Source of the DNA: Anaerolineales bacterium
Lineage (GTDB): Bacteria; Chloroflexota; Anaerolineae; Anaerolineales; UBA11579
Assembly (NCBI GenBank): GCA_026129335.1
Contig: JAHCIH010000001.1
Coordinates: 92,678-156,677 of the forward strand
Length of the DNA: 64,000 bases
Direction: 5' to 3'
Shown here: in pieces, positions 32,727 to 43,501 of the stretch
How positions within the stretch are numbered: the stretch's first letter is position 1
Layout of the letters: each line of letters begins with the position of its first letter
Made by a program: the position numbers and the translations under genes
The notes under the pieces: generated by a model
Seen by the model: the letters and a program-made list of their open reading frames with translations, nothing else
Told to the model about the DNA's origin: nothing
Databases searched by the model: none

Positions 32727-34787
32727 TCAGTCTGTGCAAGCCCGCAAGTCTAGCATGCGGCGGTAGTTAATGCGCGCATTATCCCAAACTTCGGCGAAGG
32801 TGACCACGCACTCATCGTCCAGATGGGACGTTGCCCGAATTTCGGGGTCGAGCTCCTCCCAGACACGGCTGTCTATATAGTAGAAGTCATAGCTAAACAG
32901 CTTTAGTTCCTGGAGAGTAGGCTGTTCGATAAACCGATGGTAGATATCATCGAGCGGTGGTTCGCCCTGCACAACAGAGGTCAATTGCCCACTGAGAATC
33001 GTTGTGCTCCCGAGCGGCCCCATCACGTGGGCGTCGCGCGGCAGCTTGCCCCACATCTGGGTGGCGATGAGCGAGTCAAGCTGGTTGAAATTCTCGCCCA
33101 GCCGCGTGGTGCTGGTTGCCGAGAACTGCGTGCCGGCGATCATCAGCCCGCTGAACGAGGTCAGCGCCAGGGCGCCCACCGCGGCCGGGCGCAGCCAACC
33201 TGGCCAGCGGAAGTTGCGGTCGGCGATCACCAGAGGCAGCAGCAGCGTCCAGGCGAGCATCGCCTGCCAGGTGAGCCGTGAAATGTCGCGGTCGGATTGG
33301 TATTGGAAAAAGATGGGGATGGTGAAGCCAAGCCAGGCGGCGCAAGTCAACACGCCGAGCAGCCAGTCGCCTGCTTTTGCGCGATGCCAAGCCCAACGTG
33401 TAATCCAGGGTGTGAAAAGGAAGACAGGCCCCAGTTCAAAAAGGGCGACGATCAACTGAACAGGGGAAAAGAGACTGAGCGGGCCAAGGTGGGCGGAAAC
33501 GATCGCCAAAGGCCACCGCAGGCTAAACCCGAAAAATTGGCTGCTGGCTGCAGTCCCGGCTATTGGCAGCGTACTCGAGACGCCCAGGCCGAGGCTTTGC
33601 AGAAGCCCGGGACCTTCATAACCGAAAAGGAACTCACGCAGCAACTCGGTGATCGTGCCGCCTTGGAATAAGACCAAGACCGCAGAGGCAACCCCGGCGG
33701 CCAGTCCCCAACGCAGCTGAGGCAGGGCGAGGTTGCGCTGCTGGACGAAGAAGATGGCGGCGAAGCCGAACAACCCGAGCATGAAGAGGCCGTAGGTGGC
33801 CTCCCAGGCCAGCGCCCAAGCCGCCAGCACTACGGCCAGCAAGGCAGCAGACCCAATCTTGCGCAGGTTGGGCGCCAGCAGCCAGACCAGCAGGAAGATC
33901 AGCACGGAAAACGTATTCGGCCCTTGGTGGGCCATGACGAGCGGATCCATAATGCCGTTGAGGAAGCCGAAGATGTAATCCATCGGCGGGCCGCCATCCA
34001 CCAGCCAAGGGGAAACCAACGCTTCGGAGAAGGGTTTGTTGATCAGCGCACTGGTGCCTTGCAGCTGCACTTCGCTGTCTGCGCGGAGCAGGAAACCGGG
34101 CGGCAGAATCAGCAGCAGATAGCGCGTGCCGGCGGCTAAAGCCACCAGGGCGGGGATAGCCCAGGCGCCCCAGGCCCGACCGATGTAGCGGCACCCCACC
34201 AGGGCGGCTAGCAGCAACGTAATCGCCCACAGGAAAGATTTGGAGAGATCGAAGGCGCTCCAGGGCAGCATGCCGCCCAGCTGCATCAGGCTGCCGCCCA
34301 CGATGTGAAAGCCATAGTGGTAAGCAAACTTGCGCACATACCCGGGCAGGTATTCCGGCGGGATGTTGCCGTTGCCGATGATTGATATCAGCGAGAGATT
34401 CTTGTGCTCATCGAATAGAGTCAGCCCTTTGCTCCACAACATAAAGAGATAAAACAGGGCAAAACCGACTACCAGCCAGGGCCAGATGCGCAGGTCGGCG
34501 GGATCCAGCCAGCGGTCCGCCCCGCTGCGCCAAGCGACCAGCGCGGCCACGACCAGCAGCAGCACGGCTGGCAGGCTGAAGGCCAACTCGGGCGCCAGCC
34601 AGCGGCCGAACAGGTTCACCAGCCAAACATAGAGCGTGAGGCCCAGCCCCAGCCCGACGATAAGGCGCTCACGGGACTGCAGGCGAAAGGCATGGCTGGC
34701 CAAGAGCCAGCCGGCCAGCCAGACGATCAGCATGACCGCCAGCCAGGGCAGTAAGCTCAGGGGATTGCCGTCTCGATACCAGTACAT
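32727..34787 (-). CDS. large polytopic membrane protein with a C-terminal soluble domain; possible GT-C (ArnT/PMT-like) glycosyltransferase
   Basis: 686 aa with about 16 TM segments. It lies immediately upstream of the polyprenyl-P GT2. Function is inferred from context only. Confidence 0.55.
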   Translation of the reverse strand: MYWYRDGNPLSLLPWLAVMLIVWLAGWLLASHAFRLQSRERLIVGLGLGLTLYVWLVNLFGRWLAPELAFSLPAVLLLVVAALVAWRSGADRWLDPADLRIWPWLVVGFALFYLFMLWSKGLTLFDEHKNLSLISIIGNGNIPPEYLPGYVRKFAYHYGFHIVGGSLMQLGGMLPWSAFDLSKSFLWAITLLLAALVGCRYIGRAWGAWAIPALVALAAGTRYLLLILPPGFLLRADSEVQLQGTSALINKPFSEALVSPWLVDGGPPMDYIFGFLNGIMDPLVMAHQGPNTFSVLIFLLVWLLAPNLRKIGSAALLAVVLAAWALAWEATYGLFMLGLFGFAAIFFVQQRNLALPQLRWGLAAGVASAVLVLFQGGTITELLREFLFGYEGPGLLQSLGLGVSSTLPIAGTAASSQFFGFSLRWPLAIVSAHLGPLSLFSPVQLIVALFELGPVFLFTPWITRWAWHRAKAGDWLLGVLTCAAWLGFTIPIFFQYQSDRDISRLTWQAMLAWTLLLPLVIADRNFRWPGWLRPAAVGALALTSFSGLMIAGTQFSATSTTRLGENFNQLDSLIATQMWGKLPRDAHVMGPLGSTTILSGQLTSVVQGEPPLDDIYHRFIEQPTLQELKLFSYDFYYIDSRVWEELDPEIRATSHLDDECVVTFAEVWDNARINYRRMLDLRACTD

Positions 34788-34827
34788 GGTTGGTTCAGGC
34801 GGGCTGATGCCGCCTGTTTACAGCTGG

Positions 34828-35808
<981 letters not shown>

Positions 35809-35828
35809 TTAAAGATGCGAAGTGAAAA

Positions 35829-36965
35829 TTATATCTTAGCATCGCCAGCCAGCCCCTGCAGCAGGCGGCGGGCGCGCTTTTCCCATGTGTATTCGCCCAC
35901 CGCGGCGCGGGCGGCAGCCGCCAGGCTGGCCCGGCGGCCGGGGTCGGCTTGCAGGCCGCGCAGTGCGGCCAGCCAGGCCGCTTGGTCGCCGCTGGGCAGC
36001 AGCAAGGCATTCCCTTCATCCAGCACTTCGCGCAGCACGGGCAGGTCGCTGGCTAGCAGCGGCCGCCCGGCGGCGAGGTACTCGAAGAGTTTCATTGGAC
36101 TGGTGAACGCGCCGATGTCCTGCCCACCGGAGGCATAAACCTGCTGACCATAGGGCATGGTCAGCAGGTCGCAGGCCGCCTGGTACAGCGGCAGTTCGGC
36201 GTTGGGCACAAAACCGGTGAAATGTACATTGAGCAGCCCGGCAGCCTGCGCGCGGCGGGCGGCCACGTCTTGCTCCCGCCCGCCGATGAACAAGAAGCGC
36301 ATCTCCGGCAGTTGGCTGGCCAGCTCCAGCAGGAAACCGATGCCGCGGCCGGCGTAGAGGTGGCCGCTGTAGCCCACGGTGAACCCTTCGGCCAGGCCCA
36401 ACTGCGCCCGGGCAGCGACTGGCTCGGGCAGATTTTCGTACCGCTGCAAGTCCACTCCGCTGGGGGCGACCAGCAAGAAGTTTTCTCGCGCTGGTAGTTG
36501 GTATTTTTCCTGAAGGCGCTGGGCGTGCTGATTGGTAATCAGCACCAGGCGGCGCGCGCCCGGCGCGCTCAAGAAGGTGCGCAGAAGCCGCGGCCCCATC
36601 ACCCCGCTGGGCATTTCGTGCAGTTCAAAGACGGTCGCCAGGCCGCGGCTCGCCGCCAGGGCGGCGGCCTGGGGCACCCGCGTATACAACAGGTCAGCCC
36701 CCCAAGCTTGCGCGGCCCGCCAGGCGCGCCAGGCATAGTCGTAGCGCCGCAGGGACGGGCTGGCTGGCAGCCAGGCGATGTCCAATTGGCCTTGCAGGCC
36801 GTAATGCGCGGCCAACTGCGCCCAGGGCAGCCCCGGGTCGGCGCCCGGAGCATAGACGCGCAGTTCGTGACCCTCGGCGACCAAGGCCTGGGCCATCTTC
36901 ATCACTTGGATGCTGTTGGCGGTTTGGGACGGGATCGCCCCGGGGGCGACCAGGGCGATTTTCAT
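35829..36965 (-). CDS. glycosyltransferase family 4
   Basis: Starts MKIALVAPGAIPSQTANSIQVMKMAQAL. The ATG at 36965 overlaps the stop of the upstream flippase gene (ATGA). The 73-codon N-terminal extension in the track was rejected. Confidence 0.85.
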   Translation of the reverse strand: MKIALVAPGAIPSQTANSIQVMKMAQALVAEGHELRVYAPGADPGLPWAQLAAHYGLQGQLDIAWLPASPSLRRYDYAWRAWRAAQAWGADLLYTRVPQAAALAASRGLATVFELHEMPSGVMGPRLLRTFLSAPGARRLVLITNQHAQRLQEKYQLPARENFLLVAPSGVDLQRYENLPEPVAARAQLGLAEGFTVGYSGHLYAGRGIGFLLELASQLPEMRFLFIGGREQDVAARRAQAAGLLNVHFTGFVPNAELPLYQAACDLLTMPYGQQVYASGGQDIGAFTSPMKLFEYLAAGRPLLASDLPVLREVLDEGNALLLPSGDQAAWLAALRGLQADPGRRASLAAAARAAVGEYTWEKRARRLLQGLAGDAKI

Positions 36966-38323
36966 GCCGCGGCTGCCGCAGGGTGGGCGCGCAAATCCTG
37001 GAAGATGCGCAGCACGGATAGCGAAACAGTGAAGATGTAATAGCCGGAGAGCAGCGCGGCGAAGGCCACCGCCCCGCCGGAGGCGAACAGCAGGACCCCG
37101 GCCACCTTCAGCACCATGCCGGCCAGGTTGACCAGCGTGGGATAGATGGGGCGGTTGAAGGCCAGCAATGCCGCCCGGCTCCAATAGAAGATGTTGGCGA
37201 AGGTGTAGCCAAGCACCAGGATGATCAGCGGCGCGTAGGCGGGCAAAAAGTCCGGGTTGCCCGAATAGAGCAGGATGAGGTCACGGCCGAAGAAGACCAG
37301 CAGCACGGCCACCGGCAGGGAGTACAGCGCCGCCAAGCCCGAGCCGCGCCCCAGCACTTTGCGCACCGCGGGCCAGTTGTTCTGCGCCACGGCGCGCGAC
37401 AGTTCCGGGTAGGTGGTGGAGGGCAGCGGGCTGACCGGGATCTGCAGGAAGCCGATCAGGGTGCGCGCCAGGCTGTAGAGGCCGCCGGCCACGTTGCCCA
37501 GGAAGGCATTGACCCACAGGTCTTCGCTGTCCTTGGCCACCAGGCTGACCGTGGCGCTGAGGTTCGTGCTGAAGGCAAAGGTGAGCAGGCTGCGGCGATC
37601 GCTTTGCAGCACGGAGATGGGCGTGCGCCACCACCCCGCACCCCACTCGGCGCGGGCGATGCGGAAGGCCAGCAGCATCACCGCCGCGGAGCGCAGCAGT
37701 CGCCCGCCCAGCTCGGCGAGGATGATTTCGTACAAGCCACCGCCGGCGAGGAAGACGGCGATGGTCAACACCAGGCGCAATACGCTCTGGCTGACGTCGA
37801 TCACCGACTTGGCGTCGAAGCGGTTGAAGACCTGCAGCATGCCGTCGGAGCTGTCGTAGAACAGGTTGATCAGCACCAGGCTGCCATAAACGATGAACAC
37901 GCCCTCCACTCCCGGCGTGTCGGAGAACAGGCGTACGCCCAGCGGGGCCAGCAGGGCGATGAGTACGAAGGCGGCCAGCGAACCGCCCGCCTCCAGGATG
38001 GCGGCCAGTTTGTATACCGCGGCAGCCATCTGCGGCTGCTGGCGCTCCTGATAGAGACGCACGTACTTGACCACCAGCTCGTCGATACGGAAGGAGGTGA
38101 AGCGGTTGACTACATTGGCGAAGGTGGCCACGGCGGCCAGCAGGCCCACTCCGGCCACACCCAGCACGCGGGCCTGCAGGGCGCCCTGCACCATGCCAAT
38201 GCCCGCCGAGATGACTGTGGCGCTGACCAGGTAGCTGGAATTGCGGATGATGCGGCGAAGGAATTCGGAATCGAAGATGCGCAGATAGATCTGCTCGAGG
38301 CGGTCCAGCGGCAGCTTCGGCAT
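36962..38323 (-). CDS. Wzx-like oligosaccharide/polysaccharide flippase (MOP superfamily)
   Basis: 453 aa with about 12-14 TM segments. IIRNSSYLVSATVISAGIGMV is a typical Wzx N-terminus. Confidence 0.8.
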   Translation of the reverse strand: MPKLPLDRLEQIYLRIFDSEFLRRIIRNSSYLVSATVISAGIGMVQGALQARVLGVAGVGLLAAVATFANVVNRFTSFRIDELVVKYVRLYQERQQPQMAAAVYKLAAILEAGGSLAAFVLIALLAPLGVRLFSDTPGVEGVFIVYGSLVLINLFYDSSDGMLQVFNRFDAKSVIDVSQSVLRLVLTIAVFLAGGGLYEIILAELGGRLLRSAAVMLLAFRIARAEWGAGWWRTPISVLQSDRRSLLTFAFSTNLSATVSLVAKDSEDLWVNAFLGNVAGGLYSLARTLIGFLQIPVSPLPSTTYPELSRAVAQNNWPAVRKVLGRGSGLAALYSLPVAVLLVFFGRDLILLYSGNPDFLPAYAPLIILVLGYTFANIFYWSRAALLAFNRPIYPTLVNLAGMVLKVAGVLLFASGGAVAFAALLSGYYIFTVSLSVLRIFQDLRAHPAAAAA

Positions 38324-38329
38324 GGGCGC

Positions 38330-39301
38330 TCAGGCCACCCGGATGTCTTTGGCCCAGTCGCGTTCGGCCAGGTACCAATCCACCAGGCGCTGCACGCCTT
38401 CGCGGATGCCCACCTGTGGCTGCCAGTCCAGCAGCTGCGTAGCCTTGCTCACATCCGCCCAGCTGGCCAGCATGTCGGCGGGGTCCATCGGCTTGTGCTC
38501 AATCAGCGCCTTTTTACCCAGCGCCTCTTCAATCAACCCAATCAGCGCATTGATCGAGATGGACTCGTGTCCGCCCAGGTTGACCACTTCGTAGCCCAGC
38601 GGCTTGAGCGCCAGGATGGTGCCGCGGGCGATGTCGTCGATATAAGTAAAACCGCGCGTCTGCTCGCCGTCGCCGAAGACCTGGATGGGCCGCCCCTCGC
38701 TGATCGCCTGCACAAAGCGGAACATGGACATGTTGGGCCGCCCCGAGGGACCATAGACGGTGAAATAGACCACCACGGTCACGTCGATGCCGTGCAGGAA
38801 ATGGTAGGCGTGCGCCAAAGTCTCGGCGCCTTTTTTGGTGGCGGCGTACGGCTGCAGCGGGTGGTTGCTCCCGGCGCTCTCCGGTGTGGGCAGCGGCGCT
38901 TCGGAGCCGTAGATGCTGGAGGTGGAAGCCAGCACGAACTTGGGCACGCCGCGCTGGCGGCACAGCTCGAGCATGTTGAGCGTGCCAGTCATGTTCGAGT
39001 CAACGTAGGCCCATGGGTCGAGCACGCTGTCGCGCACGCCGGCGCGGGCGGCCAGGTTGAACACGGCGTCCATCGGCTTGTCCGGCAGCTGGTCGAGGAT
39101 GCCACGGTCGGCGATGTCGAGCTGGTGGAAAGAGAAGCCCGGCTGCTGCTGCAGAGCGTCCAGGCGGTGCTGCTTCATGCGCACGTCGTAGGAATCGTTC
39201 ATGTTGTCGATGCCTACGATGCTGTGGCCTTCGGCCAGCAGTATTTCGGCGACGCGTCCACCGATGAAGCCGGCGGCCCCGGTAATCAGGTAACGCGCCA
39301 C
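38330..39301 (-). CDS. NAD-dependent epimerase/dehydratase (UDP-glucuronate 4-epimerase-like)
   Basis: Has ITGAAGFIG and the catalytic YxxxK (YAATKKG). The GTG start overlaps the TAG of the upstream dehydrogenase gene by 1 nt. Confidence 0.85.
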   Translation of the reverse strand: MARYLITGAAGFIGGRVAEILLAEGHSIVGIDNMNDSYDVRMKQHRLDALQQQPGFSFHQLDIADRGILDQLPDKPMDAVFNLAARAGVRDSVLDPWAYVDSNMTGTLNMLELCRQRGVPKFVLASTSSIYGSEAPLPTPESAGSNHPLQPYAATKKGAETLAHAYHFLHGIDVTVVVYFTVYGPSGRPNMSMFRFVQAISEGRPIQVFGDGEQTRGFTYIDDIARGTILALKPLGYEVVNLGGHESISINALIGLIEEALGKKALIEHKPMDPADMLASWADVSKATQLLDWQPQVGIREGVQRLVDWYLAERDWAKDIRVA

Positions 39302-40620
39302 TACAGCCGCACCACTTTCGGGTCGTCTTTGGTGGCCGAGCCCAGCGCGTTGCGCGTGTCCACGATGAGTTTGGACTGCTTGAGCACTGCGGGGTAATCG
39401 TAGGCGGTGTGGTTGGTGATGATGATCACCGCGTCGGCGGCTTTGGCCGCCTTCAGGTAGTCAGCCACCGAGTCCAGGCCCCAGTCCTCGTGCTCGATGC
39501 GCGGGACGTAGGGGTCATGGTAGCTGACATCGGCCTTCTTTTCGCGCAGCAGGGCGATAACGTCCAGCGCGGGGGATTCGCGCATGTCGTCAATATCCGG
39601 CTTGTAGGCCGCGCCCAGCACCAGCACCTTGCTGCCGTTGAGCGGCTTGCCTTGCTCGTTGAGCGCTTCCAGGGTCAGCGTGACCACATGGCGGGGCATG
39701 TTGGTGTTGACCTCGGAAGCCAATTCAATGAAGCGCGCCGTGTAATTCAGCGACTTCATCTTCCAGGAAAGGTACAGCGGGTCGATGGGGATGCAGTGCC
39801 CGCCCAGCCCGGGGCCGGGGGTGAACTTCATGAAGCCGAAGGGCTTGCTGGCCGCCGCGTCGATGACTTCCCACACGTCCACGCCCAGGCGGTTGCACAT
39901 CAGGGCCAGTTCGTTCACCAGGCCAATGTTGACCATGCGGAAGGTGTTCTCGAGCAGCTTGGCCATCTCGGCCACCTCGGCGGAGCTGACCGGGATGACC
40001 GTCTCCAGCGCCGCTGAGTACCAGGCGGCGGCCACTTCACTGCAGGCGGGGGTGATGCCGCCGACGACCTTGGGCATGTTCACGGTGGTCCAGTCGGTTC
40101 GGCCGGGGTCGACGCGCTCGGGGGAGAAGGCCAAAAAGAAATCCTTGCCAACCTGCAGGTCGTTGCCCCTGGTGAGCAAGTCGAGCACCAGTTCGCGGGT
40201 GGTGCCGGGGTAGGTGGTCGATTCGAGGACGATGACCATGCCCGGGTGCAGCTGCTCGGCCAGCTTTTCGGTGGCTGAGACAATGTAGGCCAGGTCGGGG
40301 TCGCCGGTCTTGCGCAGCGGGGTGGGCACGCAGATGCTGACCACGTCGATGTCGGCCAGTTCAGCGAAGTCGCTGCTGGCGCGCAGCTTACCTGCCTTGA
40401 CCAGCCGGGCGACCTGCTCGCTCTCGATGTCGCCGATGTAGGATTCGCCTTTGGCGATGGCCTCTATCTTGCGTTCGTCGGGGTCAATGCCCAGCACTTC
40501 GAAACCGGCCTCGGCGAAAACAGCTGCAAGCGGCAGGCCCACGTAGCCCAGGCCAAGCACGGCCATTTTTGCGCTGCGCTCGCGCAGTTTTTCTTCCAGC
40601 GTTGAACGAATTTCGGTCAT
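39301..40620 (-). CDS. nucleotide-sugar 6-dehydrogenase (Ugd/WbpA/WecC family)
   Basis: Has VLGLGYVGLPLA and the catalytic GGHCIPIDP motif, at 439 aa. Confidence 0.9.
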   Translation of the reverse strand: MTEIRSTLEEKLRERSAKMAVLGLGYVGLPLAAVFAEAGFEVLGIDPDERKIEAIAKGESYIGDIESEQVARLVKAGKLRASSDFAELADIDVVSICVPTPLRKTGDPDLAYIVSATEKLAEQLHPGMVIVLESTTYPGTTRELVLDLLTRGNDLQVGKDFFLAFSPERVDPGRTDWTTVNMPKVVGGITPACSEVAAAWYSAALETVIPVSSAEVAEMAKLLENTFRMVNIGLVNELALMCNRLGVDVWEVIDAAASKPFGFMKFTPGPGLGGHCIPIDPLYLSWKMKSLNYTARFIELASEVNTNMPRHVVTLTLEALNEQGKPLNGSKVLVLGAAYKPDIDDMRESPALDVIALLREKKADVSYHDPYVPRIEHEDWGLDSVADYLKAAKAADAVIIITNHTAYDYPAVLKQSKLIVDTRNALGSATKDDPKVVRL

Positions 40621-40676
40621 TTGGCCTCAGGTTTTGCGATTTCCTCGGGAGTTACAACCAGGAATAATACCCGCGC

Positions 40677-41177
40677 TCAGGGTTGTGAGTGGCCGGGCGG
40701 GCGGGATTCTACCATTTCCACCCGGGGCAGCGCCGCCAATTGCATAATCACCGCATCTTCGCCGTCGCTGTAGAAGCGCGGGCGCATGCCCACATCGGCG
40801 AAGCCCAGGCGGCGGTACAGCTGCCGGGCAGCCTGGTTGCCGGTGCGCACTTCCAGTGTAGCGGAACCCATGCCCAGTTCCGCCGCCTCGGCCAGCAGGT
40901 GGCCAAGCAAGCGGCGACCCAGCCCCTGGCGGCGGAAAGCGGCAGCCACGGCGAAGTTGGCGATGTGCAGCTCCTCGTCCAATCGCCAGGCGACGCAGTA
41001 GGCGGCTACCTCGCCGCCCGGCGCTGCGGCAACCCACAGCAGGGCCGCTGGGTTTTCGTGCAGCTCGAAGTCGAAGCTGCCGCGCGTCCACGGCAGCGGG
41101 TAGATGGCTTGCTCAAGGGCCGCGACGGCGTCCAGATCGGCGGCGGCCATGCGCCGCAGGCTGAAGCCGGTGTTCAC
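40677..41177 (-). CDS. rimI: ribosomal-protein-alanine N-acetyltransferase
   Basis: GNAT motif FRRQGLGRRLL. It sits in the tsaE-tsaB-rimI arrangement. The GTG start overlaps the tsaB stop (GTGA). Confidence 0.85.
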   Translation of the reverse strand: MNTGFSLRRMAAADLDAVAALEQAIYPLPWTRGSFDFELHENPAALLWVAAAPGGEVAAYCVAWRLDEELHIANFAVAAAFRRQGLGRRLLGHLLAEAAELGMGSATLEVRTGNQAARQLYRRLGFADVGMRPRFYSDGEDAVIMQLAALPRVEMVESRPPGHSQP

Positions 41178-41842
41178 TGCGGCACCGCCTCGCTGGCCTG
41201 CAGGTACTGCGGGGCCAGCCCCTGGGCCGGGGTGCGCTCGCCGGCTCCCCAGCGCCCCCAAGCCAGCTCGGCCAGCACTGCCGGGCGGCGCTGCGCCCAG
41301 GCGGGTGAGGCCAGCACCACGTTCTTATATTTGCGCCCCAATGTGCGCCGGTCGTCTTCGCTCAGCTCACCACTAACTAGAGTTGGCCTGCTGATGCTCT
41401 CGGTGAGCGCTTCGGCGGTCATCAACTCAGGCGGGCCGTCTGCTTCCCAGGCTTCCTTATAAATGTAGCGGCCCACCGCCAGGCGGCCGCGGCCGGCCTG
41501 CAGCACAGCGGCCAGCGGCAGTTCGCTGCGCGGCTGCCCGGCGGCCAAAATGTCCAGCGTGGGCACGGCCAGCAGGTCGAGCTTGTGGACGAAGGCCAGG
41601 CCCTTGGCGATGGCCAGACCAATGCGCAGCCCGGTGTAGGAGCCGGGGCCGATGGCAACGGCGACGACTTTGAGCTCGGCGGGAGCCAGCCCGGCTGCGC
41701 CCAGCATGTCCTGGATGGCTGGGGCCAGGTCCACGCTGTGGTAGGCGCGGCCCTGCCAGCTGTGCTCAGCCAGCACCTGCAGGCCGTCGTACAGGGCCAA
41801 GCCGCTGGCCTGGGTGGAGGAGTCGATTGCCAGCAGGGTCAT
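41174..41842 (-). CDS. tsaB: tRNA t6A37 biosynthesis protein TsaB
   Basis: Has MTLLAIDSSTQ and GPGSYTGLRIGLAIAKG. The ATG at 41842 overlaps the tsaE stop (ATGA). Confidence 0.9.
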   Translation of the reverse strand: MTLLAIDSSTQASGLALYDGLQVLAEHSWQGRAYHSVDLAPAIQDMLGAAGLAPAELKVVAVAIGPGSYTGLRIGLAIAKGLAFVHKLDLLAVPTLDILAAGQPRSELPLAAVLQAGRGRLAVGRYIYKEAWEADGPPELMTAEALTESISRPTLVSGELSEDDRRTLGRKYKNVVLASPAWAQRRPAVLAELAWGRWGAGERTPAQGLAPQYLQASEAVPQ

Positions 41843-42336
41843 ACCAACCCGTATACGGCTTCCTGCAGCGCGGCGGCCATCGGCTGATAGCGTGCTCCTT
41901 CGGGAGTCACCTCCAGCCGGCGGCGGTCTGCATCCATCCACTCCAGCTTGACCCACAGTCGCTCAGCGGGCAGGGCGGCCTCAATGCGGGCGGGCCATTC
42001 CACCAGCATTGGGCCTTCGGTCAGCAGCTGGTCCAGGTCCAGCGCCTCGGCGTCGGCTGCGGAATCCAGCCGGTAGGCATCCAGGTGGGCCAGGCGCGCC
42101 CCGTCGGGGCGGCGGTAGATGTTGACCAATACGAAAGTGGGGCTGGTGACCTGATCGGCGGAGCCCCAGCCGGCGGCCACGCCCTGCGCCAGGGTGGTCT
42201 TGCCGCTGCCCAGGTCGCCCTCCAGGCAGACCAGGTCGCCGGTTTTCAGCAGCGCGCCCAGTTGCATGCCCAGGCGGCGGGTTTGCTCCGCACTCCTGCT
42301 GAAAATTTCAAACGCGCCGGCGCGCAAAATAGGCAT
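41839..42336 (-). CDS. tsaE: tRNA t6A37 biosynthesis ATPase TsaE
   Basis: LEGDLGSGKTTLAQG ... SPTFVLVNIY ... HLDAYRL. Confidence 0.9.
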   Translation of the reverse strand: MPILRAGAFEIFSRSAEQTRRLGMQLGALLKTGDLVCLEGDLGSGKTTLAQGVAAGWGSADQVTSPTFVLVNIYRRPDGARLAHLDAYRLDSAADAEALDLDQLLTEGPMLVEWPARIEAALPAERLWVKLEWMDADRRRLEVTPEGARYQPMAAALQEAVYGLV

Positions 42337-42394
42337 GGGGAAATTATAGGGGAAACCAAAGCAATAAGGGAGCAGTCATCAGGACAACGTCCCC

Positions 42395-42423
42395 GTTAGG
42401 GGCGCACGGCCGTGCGCCTCTAC
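42395..42423. repeat. GC-rich palindrome, family 3 variant
   Basis: GTTAGGGGCGCACGGCCGTGCGCCTCTAC has the same GT(T)AGGGGCG...CGCC(C/T)CTAC frame as 16765..16792. Confidence 0.65.
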
Positions 42424-42440
42424 AGCTCCATTCCCGAATC

Positions 42441-43280
42441 CTATATGTCCCGGGTCAGCACCCAGTCCAGCAGCCGGTCTGGGGCGAAGCGCAGCGCCCA
42501 AATCGCCAGGGCAATGAAGCGGCCGGGAGCGTAGCGGATGCGCGGCCGGGCGGCGCTCAGGGCATGCAGCACGTCTCTGGCCACCGCCTCCGGCGGCACG
42601 CCGTGCATGCCCAGCCGAGCGGTAGTATTCACCCGGCGGCGCATGGCCTTGCCGTAGAGCGCCTCGGCTTGCTTGGGCAGCTTGGCGCTCATCGTCTCGG
42701 CCATATCCAGCGACTTGTCCCAGAGCGGGGTGGCGATGGGGCCGGGCAGGATGCTGGCCACGTGCAAGCCCCAAGGGCGCAGCTCGCGGCGCAGGCCGTC
42801 GCTGAAAGCTTCCAGAGCGAATTTGGAAGTGGAGTACGGCCCCAGGAACGGCGTGGTCACCCGCCCGCTGATCGAGCTCATGTTGACCACACGCCCCTGC
42901 CCCTGGCGCAGCAGCGGCAGGAAAGCCTGGGTCACCGCGATTTGGCCGAGGAAGTTGACCTCGTGCTGGAAGCGCAGTTCGTCGAGGGGCAGGAATTCCA
43001 ACGGGCCGCCCACCACCACGCCGGCGTTGTTCACCAGGCCCTGCAGGCCGGCACGGCCGACCTGCTTTTGCACCACTTTGACGGCGGCAGCGATTTGGAC
43101 CGGCTTGGTCACATCCACGGTCACCGCGCGGATGCCCTCGGCGGCGGCTTCGAGGCGCTTGGCGTCAGCGGGTTTGCGCACCCCGGCGAACACGCGCCAG
43201 CCGCGCTCGGCCAGATACAAGGCACAGGCCTCGCCAATGCCCGTGGAGGCCCCGGTGATCAGCGCATTTTTATCTTTCAT
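42441..43280 (-). CDS. SDR family oxidoreductase
   Basis: Has TGASTGIG and NNAG, plus the catalytic Y-x-x-x-K (YSTSKFA). Confidence 0.9.
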   Translation of the reverse strand: MKDKNALITGASTGIGEACALYLAERGWRVFAGVRKPADAKRLEAAAEGIRAVTVDVTKPVQIAAAVKVVQKQVGRAGLQGLVNNAGVVVGGPLEFLPLDELRFQHEVNFLGQIAVTQAFLPLLRQGQGRVVNMSSISGRVTTPFLGPYSTSKFALEAFSDGLRRELRPWGLHVASILPGPIATPLWDKSLDMAETMSAKLPKQAEALYGKAMRRRVNTTARLGMHGVPPEAVARDVLHALSAARPRIRYAPGRFIALAIWALRFAPDRLLDWVLTRDI

Positions 43281-43501
43281 AACAAGATATTAACCGCGAA
43301 AAGGTGATTTCTCCGATGGGGATGAGGGGCCATGATAAAATTTCCTGGTCTTATCCTCGATTGCTCGGCTTTTTGGCCGGGTTCCATTGCTTCATCTCTG
43401 CTGAACTGCATCGCCTGCTCAACGCAGCCCTACGAAACACAATCATGGGCAGGCCGTTATCAGGGGAGCCAACCCGTACTCCACAGCACCAAGGAGGAAA
43501 A

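Noticed and set aside
35829-37184. 451-aa version of the GT4 gene, with a 73-codon Arg/Gly-rich N-terminal extension.
   Set aside because: The extension overlaps the Wzx gene in another frame. The conserved GT4 N-terminus MKIALV starts at 36965 with an ATGA coupling.
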